This document shows, one piece after another, positions 7,461 through 9,185 of a stretch of 9,185 bases of DNA. Within the stretch, counting starts at the first letter, position 1; every line of letters begins with the position of its first letter. A program made the translations under genes and the position numbers. Below the pieces are notes generated by a model. That model ran no database searches, was not told where the DNA came from, and saw only the letters and a program-made list of their open reading frames with translations. The DNA lies in assembly GCA_000004985.1 (NCBI GenBank), contig GG739039.1; one strand, 5' to 3'. This DNA is from Naegleria gruberi. Its lineage: Eukaryota.

Positions 7461-7712
7461 CTTCTTGGTACATGATTCAATAACCTTGTCCAAATTAACG
7501 TTCTTTCTATAGTAAAATGTTCGGTGGGGATGACTCTTTGCTTCGTCTTCCTTATCTAAAAAGTCTTTCCGCTTACATAGCGAACCCTTAGTCATTATAT
7601 CATACAATGCATTTTCATCATCCTCCAAGTCTTTGGAATAATATTGCTCATAATTGAATGAAGCAGCAATATTGTTCGCATTCATGGATAAAGGCTTGTT
7701 GGATACTTTCAT
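7461..7712 (-). CDS. TPR-repeat protein, exon 1 (MKVSNKPLS...NVNLDKVIESCTKK; ATG at 7712-7710)
   Basis: ORF-track ORF 7428..7712 has an AAAAAAAATG start context. The proposed donor AAG AAG|GTTTGT at 7460 is in phase 0, matching the phase-0 acceptor of the downstream exon. Confidence 0.55.
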
Positions 7713-7897
7713 TTTTTTTGGCGCTGTTTTTTTACGTTATCAAAAAACATATAGAGAGCTGCTGAGAGAGTTACTAAGGCGACAATGTTTAAATCGTAAC
7801 GGCCAAACATTTTAAAACCAAACAACGGAGGGACCAATTCCTCCACTGCTGTATATTGGATCAAATTACAAACAGTTACTTTTAGCGCCACACACAA
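7709..7897 (-). other. 62-codon upstream ORF (MCVALKVTVCNLIQYTAVEELVPPLFGFKMFGRYDLNIVALVTLSAALYMFFDNVKKQRQKK) ending in ATGA overlap with the TPR gene start
   Basis: ORF-track ORF. Its TGA (7711-7709) overlaps the TPR ATG (7712-7710). The codon usage (GCG, CCG, GGC, CGT, GTC) is atypically GC-rich for this genome. One hydrophobic segment. The coding status is unproven. Confidence 0.15.
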
Positions 7898-8119
7898 GTG
7901 ACTCTAATGGTGAGCTATTATCCACAAAACATCCAGATAATAACACGGGTGTTTAAATAGATGAAAGATTCTTTCTCTCAATAATATGACTAAAACAATA
8001 ATTGAAAATACAATACAAGTACTAATGATTTATTTTCTTCCATTACCGCGCAGCATCACTACCAAACTAGGAAAGACTTCAAACAAGGCTAAAATAATTA
8101 TTGAAGAGAATCAAAAAAA
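7713..8119. promoter_or_regulatory. Divergent intergenic/promoter region between the TPR gene (minus) and the orphan gene (plus); unusually GC-rich, with a CA-rich CACACACAAG motif and GGGTGTT
   Basis: Flanked by two divergently oriented ATGs, both in AAAAAAAATG context. Contains an inverted TGGCGCT/AGCGCCA pair (7721-7727 / 7885-7891) and the small hairpins AATGTTT..AAACATT (~7786-7815) and GGAGG..CCTCC (~7839-7856). Confidence 0.5.
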
Positions 8120-9185
8120 ATGCAGCAAGATGATGAACAATCTTTAATTACTCCTTCATCTACTAGTGTTGCGCATTATGATAACCATCATCATAGTAAT
8201 AGTAATAATAGTAGCAGTAGAATAGTAGATCATTATAGTAGTAAAAACTTTGATATTCAATCTCCTATTCGAATATTAATTGAAAAGGCTAGGAATGTTG
8301 GAATACAAATTAATGATGCTGATGTTGATGATTTATTTATAATACATAATGATGAACAAGATTTAATGAAGGCTTTAAAATTATTAATTTCATTAGATGT
8401 TATTCTGATAAGACAATCTAATAATAGTGATGATAATGATAACAATGATTCTGATAATAATGATTTAATTATTGATACTAAACTTGTAAAATTAATGGAT
8501 GAGTTTCTTCCAAATTTACTTTCTGTTTCTAATTATAAAATTGAAATTTCATTTGAATATTCAAATTTACCAATAAGACAAGATGAAATTTCACCTCAAC
8601 AATTATTTATCATTTCACATTTTATTAAGGAAATGGAAAGTTTTTTATCTAAATTTGGACCTAAAATATTTCAAAATCAATTAATTAATATTCCAACATT
8701 TTTAATAATGTATTTATATTATATTTCAAGTAATATTAAAAAATGTCATGAAAATGGTATTAATTGGAATTTACCAAATCAAGAACAATTACTAATTTTA
8801 TCAATAATTACATTTTTATCAAATTATTTTAATTCTAGTGAACAATTTTTACCAAATTCAATTCAATTAATTAGAATTTTATATGAAATTAGTGAATTAC
8901 CAATGAATTTTAATAATTATACAGAAATATATCAATTATTTAATAGATTAATAGAAATTTATACAAGTTTACAAAATAATAATAATATAAATAAAGAAAT
9001 ATTAAAACAAAATAATTTAATTAATTTATTAGAAAGAGATTTTAAACAAATAGAAGATTTACCTCTTAATATTAAAATTATACCTAAATTTAAATATTCA
9101 TATGGAACTAGTATTATTGTAATTCAATTAAAATTATTAAATTTTATTAAAAATATTAAAAATAATGAAATGATTAAATTTATTC
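8120..9185 (+). CDS. Hypothetical protein (orphan, Asn/His/Ser-rich N-terminus), 3'-partial: ORF runs off the window end
   Basis: ATG at 8120 in AAAAAAAATG context, with an in-frame TGA 18 nt upstream. Hand scan shows no stop in 355 codons to the window end. Begins MQQDDEQSLITPSSTSVAHYDNHHHSNSNNSSS... and I recognise no domain. Not in the ORF track because there is no stop in the window. Confidence 0.7.
   Translation, partial: MQQDDEQSLITPSSTSVAHYDNHHHSNSNNSSSRIVDHYSSKNFDIQSPIRILIEKARNVGIQINDADVDDLFIIHNDEQDLMKALKLLISLDVILIRQSNNSDDNDNNDSDNNDLIIDTKLVKLMDEFLPNLLSVSNYKIEISFEYSNLPIRQDEISPQQLFIISHFIKEMESFLSKFGPKIFQNQLINIPTFLIMYLYYISSNIKKCHENGINWNLPNQEQLLILSIITFLSNYFNSSEQFLPNSIQLIRILYEISELPMNFNNYTEIYQLFNRLIEIYTSLQNNNNINKEILKQNNLINLLERDFKQIEDLPLNIKIIPKFKYSYGTSIIVIQLKLLNFIKNIKNNEMIKFI

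Noticed and set aside
8257-8445. 62-aa minus-strand ORF
   Set aside because: Antisense to the open plus-strand ORF starting at 8120. Low-complexity, no start context.
1-9185. Prokaryotic-style systems (CRISPR arrays, defence operons, IS elements, RBS-led gene clusters)
   Set aside because: The sequence is clearly eukaryotic, with spliceosomal introns, poly-Asn coding and AAAATG starts. No tandem direct repeat-spacer array or operon structure is present.

Overview
The window is eukaryotic, extremely AT-rich nuclear DNA of dictyostelid (Dictyostelium-like) character. It shows poly-Asn/Ser low-complexity coding, AAAAATG start contexts, and 60-110 nt AT-rich GT..AG introns. There is no prokaryotic operon, CRISPR array, tRNA gene or rRNA gene. 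I find four protein-coding genes. (1) A long intron-less minus-strand ORF (1693 running past position 1) encodes a TCAIM-like (DUF4460/DUF4461, HPD motif) putative mitochondrial protein. (2) A 4-exon minus-strand RCC1-repeat gene spans 3032-4714. (3) A 2-exon minus-strand gene (5194-7712) encodes a protein with about 13 tandem TPRs; its true 5' exon lies upstream of the first Met reported by the ORF track. (4) A plus-strand orphan ORF starts at 8120 and runs off the window end. The most unusual structure is a ~1.25 kb non-coding island (~1725-2995) with GC content far above the surrounding intergenic DNA. It contains a perfect 16-bp inverted repeat (hairpin) and a cluster of ACGT-core palindromes, and is a candidate ncRNA gene or transposon relic. 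A second GC-elevated patch sits in the divergent promoter at 7713-8119. It carries a 62-codon upstream ORF whose TGA overlaps the TPR gene ATG as ATGA. No Dictyostelium-specific gene symbols are recognised.
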